Shown piece after piece: positions 1 through 13,267 of a stretch of 64,000 bases of DNA. The first letter of the stretch is position 1, and each line of letters starts with the position of its first letter. The translations under genes and the position numbers were made by a program. Location of the stretch: the NCBI RefSeq assembly GCF_041956535.1, contig NW_027192196.1:1100752-1164751 (forward strand), given 5' to 3'. The notes under the pieces are model-generated. The model made no database searches. It had not been told where the DNA came from and saw only the letters and a program-made list of their open reading frames with translations. The DNA is from Calcarisporiella thermophila CBS 279.70 (taxonomy: Eukaryota > Fungi > Calcarisporiellomycota).

Positions 1-1134
1 GCAACACAGGCTTCTATTGAAGTCGACTCTCTGTACGAAGGCGTTGACTTCTACACCTCGATCACCCGTGCTCGTTTCGAGGAGCTTTGCGCCGATCTGT
101 TCCGTGCTACACTTGAGCCTGTGGAGAAGGTGCTGCGCGACTCTAAGATCGACAAATCTCAGGTGGACGAGATCGTACTGGTGGGCGGGTCCACTCGTAT
201 TCCCAAGATCCAGAAGCTCGTGTCCGACTTCTTCAACGGCAAGGAGCCCAACAAATCCATCAATCCTGACGAGGCAGTTGCCTACGGTGCCGCCGTGCAG
301 GCTGCCATCCTTGCTGGTGATACTTCGGAGAAGACACAGGACTTGCTGTTGCTCGATGTGACTCCTCTGTCGCTTGGTATCGAAACTGCGGGTGGAGTGA
401 TGACGACCCTTATCAAGCGTAACACGACCATTCCCACGAAGAAGTCCGAGATCTTCTCGACGTATGCGGACAACCAGCCCGGTGTGTTGATCCAGGTATA
501 CGAAGGTGAGCGTGCCCGCACCAAGGACAACAACCTTCTCGGTAAGTTCGAGCTCACGGGCATTCCCCCGGCTCCACGTGGCGTGCCCCAGATCGAGGTC
601 ACCTTCGACGTAGATGCCAACGGTATCATGAACGTGACTGCTGTGGACAAGACCACGGGTCGCTCGAACAAGATCACCATCACCAACGACAAGGGCCGCT
701 TGTCGAAGGAGGATATCGAGCGCATGGTCAGCGATGCCGAAAAGTACAAGGCCGAGGACGAGGCGGCAGCATCACGCATCCAAGCCAAGAACGGCCTTGA
801 GTCGTACGCCTACAACCTCCGCAACTCGATCCAGGACGAGAAGCTCGCCGAGAAGCTCAGCGCAGATGATAAGAAGAAGCTGGATGATGCGGTTACCGAG
901 GCGATCAAGTGGCTTGATGAGAACCAGGAGGCGGAGAAGGATGAGTACGAGGACAAGCAGAAGGAACTTGAGCAAATCGCAAATCCGATCATGATGAAGC
1001 TATATGGCGCTGGAGGTATGCCGGGCGGAGTACCGGGTGGAGCACCCGGCGGTTTCCCCGGTGGTGCTGCACCTGGAGGATTCCCAGCGGGCGGCTCAGA
1101 TAACGCCGGCCCCACCATCGAGGAGGTGGACTAA
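1..1134 (+). CDS. SSA1: Cytosolic Hsp70 (SSA-type), 5'-truncated by the window edge
   Basis: Frame open from base 1 ([29 protein letters not shown]); motifs [12 protein letters not shown] and [17 protein letters not shown]; GGMP/GGAP repeats; C-terminal GPTIEEVD. Confidence 0.97.
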   Translation, partial: ATQASIEVDSLYEGVDFYTSITRARFEELCADLFRATLEPVEKVLRDSKIDKSQVDEIVLVGGSTRIPKIQKLVSDFFNGKEPNKSINPDEAVAYGAAVQAAILAGDTSEKTQDLLLLDVTPLSLGIETAGGVMTTLIKRNTTIPTKKSEIFSTYADNQPGVLIQVYEGERARTKDNNLLGKFELTGIPPAPRGVPQIEVTFDVDANGIMNVTAVDKTTGRSNKITITNDKGRLSKEDIERMVSDAEKYKAEDEAAASRIQAKNGLESYAYNLRNSIQDEKLAEKLSADDKKKLDDAVTEAIKWLDENQEAEKDEYEDKQKELEQIANPIMMKLYGAGGMPGGVPGGAPGGFPGGAAPGGFPAGGSDNAGPTIEEVD

Positions 1135-2329
1135 ATGGAGCAAGTGCCCGGTTTGATAATTTGATTTCTACGCGTGTATAGAGTTTTTTTTTTTTGGTTA
1201 TTATTTAGAGGTTTATCGTTTTATCCCTCTGCCATTTATGTTGCTTTCCTTGTCTCTCGTGAACGCTCTCTTTCCAGTGGAGCGCTAAAATGTCACGAGT
1301 ATGCTTGCGCTTTATTTGTATTTCTATTGAAAATAAACTATTATATGATATATGAACTGCTCTTATTGTTATTTAAAATAGTTATGATTTCATCGAAAAG
1401 GAGTATAGCAAAAGATAAGAGTAAAATAATTAAAGAGTAAATCAGCCAAGGAATAATTTTTGGTAATAGCATGATCCTGGAGCGCGTTTATTGCGAAGGC
1501 GCAAGAGCGTGTTCACTGCCACCGTCACTCTGTCGCTTTGAACCCATGGCCTGGATGCTTAATATAATTGACCTCTTTACCATTTAGTGCTGGCTAACAT
1601 TCTATCTTCACTATTGTGTAGTCTACACTTGCGCCTGTTCCGTTATTTGAAGTATTTCGCATTATTTCTTGGATTCTATTATGCCTTTTAATTGACAATA
1701 TGATGAAACCCTAGTCATCAGAGAAGGAAGTGGTATAAGATTCGATTTGAGCTACAGAGAAGTTATGCTACACTGCATCGGAGACTGGAGAGCGGGGTTC
1801 GGTAGTGTATATATCACTATAAGGCACAATGCTATATTTAGGACGCCATAGATGAAAGGTGATCACCAACCACTTCAGGGCCATAAACATTTAAAGGCCA
1901 AGGATAAAATTTAGTGTTTCTTTTATTCTGAAGCTAACAATTAGTATTCAACAAAGAATGGTAAAAAAGAGAATAACGTATTGACAAGTTCATCTATTTC
2001 ACACAGAAGAAAGAGGGGAAGAGGGAGGGGGGGAATCTACCTTACAGAAAGATAAGAAAAGAACTATAAAAAAATAAGCTAGCAAAGGGATAAATGTTGA
2101 AAGATGCTGCAAGGAAGAAAGTTAACATTAACACACAGGAATAGACACATTTTTAAAACCGAATTTGTAATAGAAGAGCATTATTGTATCGTTCTATATT
2201 AAAACCGTGCAGGGTTATAAAGCACACGGTCTAAAATAAAAAAAAAAAAGAAGATATGAAGGCGCCCCATCCTGGCGCATAGAGAATAAGTGGATACTCC
2301 ATTTCGAAGCAGAAGCCGCGTGCAGCATT

Positions 2330-4571
2330 CTAGAGTTCGAAGTCTCTATCTCGCGTGGCTACCGTGGTGAGCCCCTGGCTCCTTGCGACCACTGAGCTGG
2401 GGCGGAGCATCTCGTCTAAGTTGTGATGCAAAGAGAGCTCTGGCAACACTATCAAGTACACAGTACAGAGAAGAAGGCATAAATATTCAGTGGGCCATGG
2501 TGGAATAAAGAAATCCATGATGAAGGCTTACGTTGCTCGCCTGCTGCGCTCCCGAATTGTGCGCTATCAAACCGATGCTACGGAAAAGTAATGGTTATAT
2601 GTTACTCTTCGTTCACTATATTGAGCCCAAAAAAAAAGGCAGTCGGAGAAGTTGGGCTTACCATTTCATCGTAGATGGTCAACATCTCCTTTTCTATGTC
2701 GCCCTCCAAATTCATATTTACGTCCCACTTCATTATTTTTTCTTTTTTTGATTGTCTCTCCAAGTCCGCGTCTATAGGGGAATCTGGTCGCTCAACGCTT
2801 TCCGCCATACCGTTCGCCCACACTCCGTTGGAATTTATCGGGGGCCCATCCCCCCTCATGGTGGTATCTAGTCGTGCTGCTAGTGGCACAATATCATCGT
2901 TGTCTGCATCTATGACATGGTTCTCCAAACCACCCAGAGGCTCAGCTCGACTTTTGATTTTTTGCTCCCCCCTAACAACATGATGGCATTATATTAGACA
3001 AAAACGTTTCAATATTTACCGAGAGAGGTCACGTACATCTTTTTAGCTTGCTTGTAGTGCTCTGTGCACTGGTCGAACAGCTCTGGATTGGCATTCATGA
3101 AGAAGCGGAGGGCATGGAGGGCGAGGTTATGGGTAGACCTAAAATCAACAGTGTCAAAGACGGCGGGGATCAGCGAGGGAAATGGTGAAATAAAAAGCTT
3201 AAAGGATACAATACCGATTCCATCTCCTTCCCTCAGATTCCCAGAGCTCTCCCAAAACAAGCGGCATCACCACACTCGCGTTTTCACCCATCAACCCCAC
3301 GATCCATTCGTGTTGCCAATAGCCCAAGGCTCGCTCAGCAACTTGGAAATGATGACTGGAGATGCATCGGGCCAATTGCTTCATCAAGGGAACCTGGATA
3401 CGCTGGAAAATGTGCGGCTCCGTGATGTCCAGTATATCTTCCAGCTCGACCAGGAAAAGTAGTTGTTTTGCCGTGCTAGTTTTGGGCCAATACTTCAGTA
3501 GGCCCAACACCACCTATTATCGCAGTAGAGGATCAGAGAAGAGAGAGGTGAGAAATTTGTTGATATATATATTTTTAAACTAAAATCCAAAAAAAATAAA
3601 GGGGATGAGGCTCACTTCTTCAGTAAGGCGTGGATCTTTTTCCAGGAATTGGACAACGCAATAAGTAAGTTGAGGATGGAATGTCGGGAGAGATCGGGTC
3701 TTGTGTAGGGGAATAAGCACACGGATTAAAAACGTTTTGTGCTCCGCCTTCAGGGGCAGTGCAAATCCGTTGATGATACTTTTTTTTTTAAAAATAAGCA
3801 TTGGGTTAGAATCATACTCAACGAGCAGTGAAAAAAATGGGTGCATTACCTTCCAAGGATTTCCAGCAACTCTGCTATGCCGTTTTGTCGCTCCGTCTCA
3901 TAAATAAAACGTAGAAAGATATTGCTGATATTGCGGCGGATAAAGGCCCGCAGTTGCAGGAACTTGCCATAGATGCGATGGAGGGTGGTTTTGAGAAGGT
4001 CGCGCTCGCGGGGATCTTCACTGTCGAACAACTCCAGTAGCTGTCATGAAAATAAAAGAAAATTTAGCTTCGTTTCCTAAATCCCAAGGTCGGTCTGGAA
4101 ATACCCGTAATATGAAGCGTTGATCTACATAGCGCTTTGCTATTGAAGTAGAGAAATCGGGCGACTCAACAAAACGTAGGAACACTTCGTAGACTAGTTG
4201 GAGATGCGGCCATGCGGGGTTCAGTACGGGCTCGTCTTCCTCAGAGGGATCAAGTGGATGCACAGAGGATCCAGAAGATGGAGAAAGGGTGCGAAACACA
4301 TTGGTAGCAAACTAGGAGGAGCAAACACATGTCAACGTCTCAGTGAAAGAATGCAGACTCTAATCCATATATACCATCGAGAACACTGCCGGATAGACAT
4401 GCTCAGTAATCACTCCTTGATTGCAGGATATGTATTCAAGAATTTCTATCAGGGTCCGCCGCTTAATCTCCTTGTCTTCAAGGTTGGAAGCTGCATCGCT
4501 GAAGTCGAAAACTACCAAGCATTGCCGGAGTTTTTTAATCAGCAGCTCTTGTCTCGCCCCGGCGATTATCT
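2330..4571 (-). CDS. RTS1: PP2A regulatory subunit B56/B', multi-exon; 5' exons above ~4571 not resolved
   Basis: Exonic pieces [93 protein letters not shown], joined by GT-AG introns; last exon [14 protein letters not shown] ends at 2330. Confidence 0.92.
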
Positions 4572-5986
4572 CTATTATATCAAAAGCGTGCACAGAAATA
4601 AAGAGTAAATACCACGTAGAGCTGCCACAATTAGATAGAGTGGGTTGAAGGGGTACCATTAAAGCCGCACAAGCGCTCTATCCTCACGCCCTCTTCTCTT
4701 GATGCTTGGTGTTTTGAAGAAGGTTGCCGCCAAGGACCCTTACTTACAATCGGGGCGGATTCCTTTGGCGGAGGATGGAACCGGCTTTGTGAATCTATAT
4801 TCATGCTTTCTTTATTATCGTCTTGAGAGGGATTGGTATGCTGACTATTTGTATTGTGGAGGATCTATAGCGGCAAGTTTGTGGATGGTCATGAAATGGC
4901 GATTAGAAAGCTAAGCAAAAGGTCATACTGGGACATTTACATTATCGGCGTTGTTCCAGGCAGGATTTATGAACATGATCGGCACATCCTCGAACGATGG
5001 ATCGAAATCTTCGCCCCCTTCGTTATCTCTATAATATGGGTGGAACTCGCCTACTGGTGGTGAATGGCTAGTATACTGATAGGGAGGAGGAGGAAGAGAA
5101 GATAATTTAGTTAGTTCCACATGGAAATGGCGAAAGAGGGGCGAGCTCAACAATATATACAAGGCATGGTCAACTTACTTGTATATTTCGGTGCATCACT
5201 CATCAATGTCTTTCCGTTAGAAAATAAAATATATATATTTATCAAACTGAAACAAAGTGGAGGAACCAATACGATTAGCTGCAAATACACGCCAATTCTT
5301 TGATAACAGGACATCCAACGTACCGGTTCTAGCGAGGAATTAAGCAGCCAATGTGGATTCTAAATTTAAGACGAAGCAGGCAGGCCATGATTAATGGAAT
5401 CAGTGCCAATCACTCCAATCATCCCTGAAACAAGCGAAGTGCTCCAGACAAGGTACTTACTCAGAATGTTTGACTAGCGGCTGGAGCTGAGGAAGAGGCT
5501 GGGTCAAGGCGAAGGAGGATGGCAGGAAATGGGGAGAATTTCAGGCCGATGGGCAGAGGGATGAAGGCATGTTCTGCGGGAATCAGGGAAAACAACCGCA
5601 GGGAGGGCCAATACAACCAGCACCCTCCAAAACCGTTTTAAGAAAACTATTAAATAATTTTCTTTTGGATTCAGCGGAGCGCGAAAATATTTAAAGTCAA
5701 CAGGAGAAACAGCTCAATGCGCATGGGCCAATTTCCTCATATAACCTAGCCTCCCTGCCGGAGCCTCTGTCTATTGCTCGCCCGACCCAAGGTTAGGGCG
5801 GCCATTGGCATTTGTGGGCTTATCAAGCAAGTACAGGCAGAGAAGGCGAATGCGAGAGAAAAACAACCCGAGGACCGGGGAGAGTCTCCCCCCATTTCAC
5901 AATGACCAAATACATTCAAGACCAAACAAAAGACCAAACAAACCAAAAGACACAAGATACACAGACACAGCCCGGTCCCCTAGCGC

Positions 5987-8221
5987 TCAGCGGCCATGGC
6001 GATTGCACAGCATATTCATCAGCACCTGGTTCTCCACCTCCACCATCTCCGAGTTCACGTGGTTCGACGCGCATGTCTCGCTGAGCCTCTTCCTCTCCCT
6101 CGGCAGCTGCCTCGCCATCTCGTACACATCCCAAACCTCCGCCCCCAGATCCCGCGTCAGCATCTGGCGGGCTATGCGGTCGTAGGCCTCCACCCGCAGG
6201 GTGGTGTATCTCCTGCCCTCGTAGTCTATGCGGCAGCAAAAATACTGCGGCGGGCGGTAGACGATCCGCGTGCCGTAGGGGAGATAGCGCTGGCGGAGGA
6301 AGGAGACGAGGCGAGTAAGTTCCGTATAAAACTGGTAGTACGGCAGGAAGGCTGCGTCCCAATTGCCGAGGGAGACAATGAGGAGCCGAGGGGGGGCCAA
6401 GGTGAGATACCAGCGCTTGTGCTTGGGCTGGGGGTGGGAAGCGCCGGCCGGCAGGTCAGGGATCTGCTGCCTGATCACGGATTCCTACAGGCCGAGGGGT
6501 GAGCTTCTATGCTTAGACAAGGGTCAGCAGAGGAACCCCCGAAGGGGAAACCTACCTCAGGATAGTCGATGAAAAGCTGGTCCCAGGCCGGATTGTTGAA
6601 TTGCGTCAGTCCATCCCACTTGTAGTTCCAGATCTCTGCGGATTTGAGGACTCCTTGCTCGTCTTTATTCCCGATGATTATCTATACAGAAGGACCCCCG
6701 ATTAGCTACCCCTGTTCATATCACACCGAAGAAGATCCAAATGGCTCACATGGTTCGCGCGCTGAACCGGATCGAACAGAGTAGTGTTCCAGTCTGCCTC
6801 GAGATAGTCCTCGCAATGACAGGCAGTTTGCTTGGCGGTGCTGGCCATGGCTAGCGACTGCTCGTTGCACCAAGCACCTTGTGTGATGATCTTCTTGAGC
6901 GCACGCCGCGTGTTGGAATCCCCAAGCCAGTGGATTAGAGGGTAATTATCGTGAAGACAATCATTGAACTGTTCGTACGTGTATTGGCTAGGTAAAGTAA
7001 TTGTGATCAAAAGGAGTGTCAGCACAAAGTAGAGCCTCATTAGAATCGAAGCGTTGCTAAACTAAAGAATAATTACATATATCGGCACGTATAGGGCGCC
7101 CATACAAGACCGGCGCCCTCGGTGGCAGCCGGCGAATTCTTAGGATATTCATAATATTTGAACTCTTTCATTGGAACCCATCGACCAGCGTGGTCTCCAC
7201 GCGTGCAAACGGGCAGGTAGAAGTGATGGCTCGCACTCAAACTTGCGACTGGGATGCCTTCGTATTTCAAGTTTTCCTTCAGAGCCTCGGGGACCGGCTT
7301 CACCTGAAGCGTTAGCCCATTGGGGTTGGGAATTTCTGTGGGGAGATAGGGGACCATCGGTTGGCCGTCGTATTCGAAATTCCAGCGTCCATCCCGATAC
7401 TCTAGCAACGCCTGCAGGTCATACAATCCTGGGTCTACAATCTGTACTTCAGCCTCATAGATATGGATTCCATCTCGTGGAACAAGAGCATGCTGGGCAA
7501 GGGATGCGGACCGATTTCTCCATGCGGGAAAGTGCGGGTATGAATCAAAGATGACGGCATGGCCAGGCCATTGCTTCAATTTGGCATCGACAACTATTCC
7601 AGAGGTGCGTGAAACAGCATTGAGACTAATGCTATCCCAGAAACTGTCGTGAATAGGCTGATAGCTGTATCGCCACATGTCCTGCACCTCTGGGGCTTCC
7701 GGCGATAGAGCAGGCAGAAAAATTCGCAAACAGAAGGGTTGAGTCGGCAATAGATCCACCGTTACGTTATGACCTCTGCGTTTTGGAAGAGGTGGAATAA
7801 GTATCTCGGGCTGGCTGAGACGAGTAGAAGGTTTGCCAGATGCCAAAAGGATATTTTCAGGGCCACGCTCCAACATGAGGGCCTGCTCAATATGGGAAGG
7901 AAGGGGCATGTTTTCACAAGCGTATCGCCTAAAGTCATCCACAGCGTGTTCTCTGTGTAGAAATTCTCGCGATGACTTCAACCCCATCCCTTCCATCCAT
8001 TCCCCTGCAGCTTTAGCTTCACGCGTTTCAGTCCTGAGAATTTCTCGAACATAGGCAAAGAGGACAATAAAGGACGCAATAGTAAGGACCGAGAATACTA
8101 GGACAATCTTTTTATGAGTGTTGCGTATATATGAGGAGAATAAGGAGGAAGGTTTCTCCGTGGTGTCTTTAGGTGTGGATGACAGAAGAGGTATATAGAA
8201 TGTTGAGGATTTTCCAAGCAT
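5987..8221 (-). CDS. Type II membrane protein with SGNH/PC-esterase-like domain (about 4 exons)
   Basis: N-terminal TM (IVLVFSVLTIASFIVLFAYV); C..GRW..W.P..C preceding HWLGDSNTRR; SLGNWD; C-terminal CASNHV..LMNMLCN; GT-AG introns near 7077-6991, 6749-6683 and 6557-6488. Confidence 0.7.
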
Positions 8222-10146
8222 TCCGTATAGAGATAAAAGCAGAGATTACAATAGGATGTGTATTATAGATCAGAAAATTATGAAGGGAATCAATGAAAAA
8301 GGTTATTATCGGAGAGAGCTACGTCTAGTTAAAGTCATTACATTACAAAGGGCAGGCCATTTAATGCGAAACACCAATGGTTTCAGGAGATGGAGAAGTG
8401 GTGGTATCAAATTGGAGAATAGAACCCTAATGTCAAATCAAGGCTCTGCGGACAATCTAGGCCCAATAGGGAATATAAACAAATGTAGCAGACGAAGCAT
8501 CAAGTGGGTTACACGGTGGCTTATGTCTAATTAGAGAATACTCGCTGGATATACTAAGAATTCAGAAGACGCTAGTTACCTGGTAGAGCTAAGCTTCAGC
8601 ACAGCATGAAAGTGGCCAAAGATAGCATGTGCTACAGAATACTTGATTCGTAGGTCCTCGAAAGCGAGGAATATAGGCATTCGAGCGATGAATCAATTCT
8701 CTAATGCGTTGGCTTTACATTCAGGAAAAGTCGAGATTGAATTACTAAGATAGTTGAATTGGCTTACTAAGTCAACCGTTTGGCTGACTTTGAACGAAAA
8801 AAAAAATCCTATTTTTACTGTTATACAGCACATGGATATGGAAGAAGCAAATATTTCAAATTAAAAAGGTGCAAAGCCAGTATGCTGTTACATTGTGAAT
8901 GTGCATAATATTCTAATGTTTAGTTGAAAGGCTTTAATGGATCCAAGAAGGCTCAATAAATTAATGCAGATTTTTTAGCTAGCTCACTAGCCATCTTTGG
9001 TCGGAATCGGGCATCCAAAATTTTGAGGAACTCAAGCTAGGCCCAGAGGAAACCGGCAAGTTCTAATTGTTGAAAGTAGAAGAAAAAAGGAACTAGTATC
9101 CTTCCATATAGGCCGATATTTTATTGCTAGTAGTTTAATCGAAAAACTCAAGTTATCAGACTATCTTGTAGTAGCTGCAGAGGTCAAGTTACCTATTTGT
9201 TTGAAAAGAGTTTTGCCTTTTGCCTCATGATGGGATTCGTCAATAGTTAAATGAAAATATGCACATATTTAATGTGGATTCGATATTATGGTTGTATCTT
9301 AACAGAAATCCTGTTTTTATTTGTTAACTGTATTTACGGAAATTTTGCCAGTTGAGCAGTTGAAGAGACATTGATATCGAAACTTCGAAGGGGAAAGAAG
9401 AAATATACGACTAAGAGAAAAAATTGAAAGCCTAAAAGAACCTATGGTGATTTAAGCTCAATGCATGGGGTTTAACATATTGTAGCTAAAGAATGTCTCC
9501 AAACATTACCTGTTTACAAATATTATAGTGCTCAAATGCCCTTTTCTTGAATTATCTACTCAGGCTCCTAGTTTCGCGTTAAAATGCTGATCTTAGGCTG
9601 CTGTTTTCTGTTTGGTTTGTTTTGGCAAGTATATTAGATTAATTTAAAACCATGGATCCTAATACAATAAAATATCAGCTTGTCTCTCATAGTCAGAAAG
9701 AATCAATAGCCTTAGGTGCTTATTCTAGAGTGCGGTAATCTGAAGAGCTTTATGTGAACAGGAGCGGAGGGACTGGGAAATTAGAATCTTCTTTTCTGGG
9801 CGAAAATATAATCGGAATGTTGTCATACTACTTTTTTCGGTCCCATCCTTACAACACATAAAACTTGCAACAAACGACACATTCATAGTGTACTGTTACT
9901 TAACGCAGACAATAAGGCACATGTAATGGACTTGGATTAACTTTATTTCCGAGTTAAAGGCCTGTGAAGAAAGTTTGGTCTCTACTCACTTGTGGTCTGT
10001 TCTAACATTTTGTGACGTTAATTAAATCAGGATCTCAGGCGCTCAATCTATCGCATCGTCCAATCTTGTGACCGTTGGACACGTTGTGTCATAGAAAAAT
10101 CACCAAGGCGTTGCCAAGAATCCCTTTGCTTCAACCCAACACTCAG

Positions 10147-10153
10147 TATAAAA
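10147..10153 (+). promoter_or_regulatory. Putative TATA box of ATG8
   Basis: TATAAAA about 95 bp upstream of the ATG at 10245. Confidence 0.4.
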
Positions 10154-10244
10154 TATTGCCGCCTGAAGCCTGCGAGCGCTGAATAGATTTCTGATCACAA
10201 CACATTTTTAACTTGCATAGTAAAACTCTTTGCCACTTAAACTG

Positions 10245-10785
10245 ATGCGCTCCAAATTCAAAGACGAACACCCGTTTGGTAGTGTTCAAATACTTTGGTA
10301 AAAGATGGAAGGAGTTGCTAACCCATGCTGGCCATCAAACAGATAGACGCAAAACGGAAGCTGATCGGATTCGTCAGAAATATCCTGACCGTATTCCTGT
10401 AAGATTCTGGTTATCGACTTGGAAGAGGTGGATGTCTTAACCTTCTAATTACCTCGCAGGTCATCTGCGAAAAGGCTGATAGATCCGATATTCCAGATAT
10501 AGATAAAAAGGTCAGTAGGAACTAATCTATGTAGGGAAGTCAATCCGACTTAATTCTGATTCTACTCTTTAGAAATACCTCGTCCCCGCAGATCTGACCG
10601 TGGGTCAGTTTGTATACGTGATTCGGAAGAGAGTCCAGCTTGCGCCTGAAAAGGCCATCTTTTTGTTTGTAGACGATATGCTCCCACCCACAGCCGCGCT
10701 CATGTCCGCTATATATGAGCAGCACAAGGATGAGGATGGATTTTTGTATATCACCTATTCTGGAGAAAACACCTTCGGGCTATAA
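10245..10785 (+). CDS. ATG8: Autophagy ubiquitin-like protein Atg8 (4 exons)
   Basis: [11 protein letters not shown] / [11 protein letters not shown] / [17 protein letters not shown] / [20 protein letters not shown]...YSGENTFG-L; three GT-AG introns. Confidence 0.97.
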
Positions 10786-11435
10786 TCTTGTAGTATACTA
10801 TCATTATCGCCTTTGTCATCATATTCCATATATTTGCATTGCCATACGCAAGAAGCTCCTTCGTTTTGTTTATTTTATTCCTACCGAGTTATTTTATTTT
10901 ATTTTCTTCTATTTGTATAGCATCCTACTACCCTCCTTGTTTCTCTTTGTGCTTATACTCTAACGGAATACATATCTAGCATGGATCAAGGGGATTTTTT
11001 TGACTTGCGAATTTGATAACGTGGAGTTGAAATTATTGGACTGCTGGCATTGAAATCGAGGATATCCTTTATTAATATGAAATGCTTGTTCTCTTTGAAA
11101 TAAAGCAGCATTCAGAACCATAGTTTCGATAGCTTCGGGCGGCCTTTGATGGCTTTTGATAGCTTTGGAAAGCACGCAAAGCATATTGAGTTTAGAGAGG
11201 ACAATATTTTCCAAAAAGAACAGACCGCAGCAGCATATTAATTAAGCCTATCTAGTCTCGGCAGTTTCGGCAATCACTCTTGTGGAGAAACTATCATTTT
11301 GGTATTTAAGCACGGATTGCTTTGTTACATATTTTGCTTTTGTTCTCTTCACTAGTGTCTTCTTGCGCTAAGCACCCAGCTGGTCACTCTTTGTCACAAA
11401 ACCTAATTATAACTTGTCTTTAATTCTTCCGAAAA

Positions 11436-12987
11436 ATGGTCCCCAAACACCAATATCTTGCTTACTATGGTTGCATCGTCCATTCCCTTGCTCTCTCCCA
11501 ACTGGAGGTGATGCCCAAGTGCTTGCTCCTCGTTGACTTGCACACCGGTAAAATTGAGCGGTTAGAGCGGGAGGTGGGAGAGGATCATGTTGAGGCAACT
11601 TTGGAGGCGTGGGTTGGCCGGGAGAATTGTGATGTAAATATTGAATCATCCGAAATCGAAATGGACCCATATCTTACGCCTTCTCTGTTTGTTTATATCT
11701 TTATAGCTGATCAAGTTGAGAAAGCACCAGTTCCTTATTCCCGGATTTATCGATACCCATGCGGTAGTATTCATCTGGCATTCACTTTGTTTGCAATTCA
11801 AAGGCTAATTCTGACCAAATTTTCCTCCATATTAGCACGCTCCCCAGTACACTTTCCTCGGAAGCGGCCTCGATCTTCCCCTTCTCGACTGGCTTAATAC
11901 TTATACCTTTAAGCGGGAAGCGGATTTCGCCACTCCAGAATATGCCCGCGACAGCTACTCAAAGGTCATTACTCGATTCCTGCAGAATGGAACCACCACG
12001 GCTGCTTTCTACGGCACTATCCACCGTGAAGCGTGCGAGATCCTCGTGGATATCATCCGGGAAAAGGGTCAGCGCGCCTTGGTAGGAAAGGTCAACATGG
12101 ATGCTAATTCGCCGGATTATTACATTGAGACCACGAAAGATAGCTTGGAGCAGACAAGAAAGTTTGTGGCTTCGGTGTTGAGCGAGAAAAATGAGCTGGT
12201 CACTCCCGTCATCACTCCACGATTTGCCATCAGTTGTTCTCGGGAGATGCTCTCCGGCCTCGGTAAGATAGCAGCCGAGTATAATCTCCCCATTCAATCC
12301 CACCTCTCCGAGAACAAGGAAGAGATTGCATTTGTGAGCGAGCTCTTCCCCGAATGCAAGTCTTATACCGAGGTCTATAAGCGCCATGGTCTTCTCAACA
12401 ACCGCACCATCATGGCGCACTGCTGTCATCTCACCGACGACGAAATTCAGCTGATGCGTGAGACTGGCGCAGCCGTTGCGCACTGCCCTAACTCGAACTT
12501 TGCTCTGCAAAGCGGAGTGTGCGATGTGCGCCGGCTATTGAACGAGGGCATTAAAGTGGGCCTGGGAACGGATATTGCAGGCGGTTCGAATGCCAGTATG
12601 CTGGATGCTGTGCGAATGTGCGCAAGTGCATCGAAAGTGTGTGCAATGCGTCACAAAAAGGCGCTTACTTGCGAGCCGGAGGAGAGAGCCGAGAGCAACG
12701 GCAACGGCAGCAAAAAGGAAAATTATGAGTTCTTGTCCATCCCCGAAATCATCTTCTTAGCTACACTGGGTGGTGCTCAGATCCTTGGATTGGGCGATAA
12801 AGTGGGCAACTTTGTGCCAGGCAAAGAGTTTGACGCGTTGTGTGTCGATCCATTTGCCGAAGGATCTCCATTCGATGTGTTCCCGCACGACACAGAGCAT
12901 ACCGTGCTCGAGAAGTTCTTATACTCCGGAGATGATCGCAACCTGAAGCACGTGTATGTTCGCGGTCGTCGGGTTGCAGGTTTCTAA
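11436..12987 (+). CDS. GUD1: Guanine deaminase (amidohydrolase superfamily), 3 exons
   Basis: PGFIDTH-A-HAPQY across an intron, NGTTTAAFYGTIH, GQRALVGKVNMD, PVITPRFA, QSHLSEN, AHCPNSN, GLGTDIAGG, GDDRN. Confidence 0.93.
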
Positions 12988-13267
12988 GCGACCCTCTTAT
13001 ATCATATTTTATTATTTGTTGGTTTTTATTTCGATTATCTTGAACATATACTGTTGTATTTTGAATTCCATATATCAACCATCTTTATCTCTTTTGTTAA
13101 TACACTCATGCTCCATGAGTGAGTAAATAAAGATTCCTTATTAGCTCCGCGCTCTATTCAAATATTTGGTTAGTAGTTTCGGCAAGTGACTGCTTCCCGA
13201 AATAAAATATTCATATTCACACGTCGAGTTAACTGAATTCACAACGTGGTTCAAGAGCGACGGCGAA

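Noticed and set aside
282-1118. Antisense and alternate-frame ORFs over Hsp70, and similar ones over the other long CDSs
   Set aside because: Shadow ORFs caused by codon bias of the real genes; no recognisable motifs.
3200-3215. GTATCCTTT (U12-like donor) in a PP2A B56 intron
   Set aside because: It sits 5 nt inside the intron; using it breaks the frame, and no TCCTTAAC branch site is present. The GTATTG donor restores WNR-STH.
4572-5580. Possible 5' exons of the B56 gene, including a 9-nt microexon
   Set aside because: Several splice paths are possible and none can be supported without transcripts.
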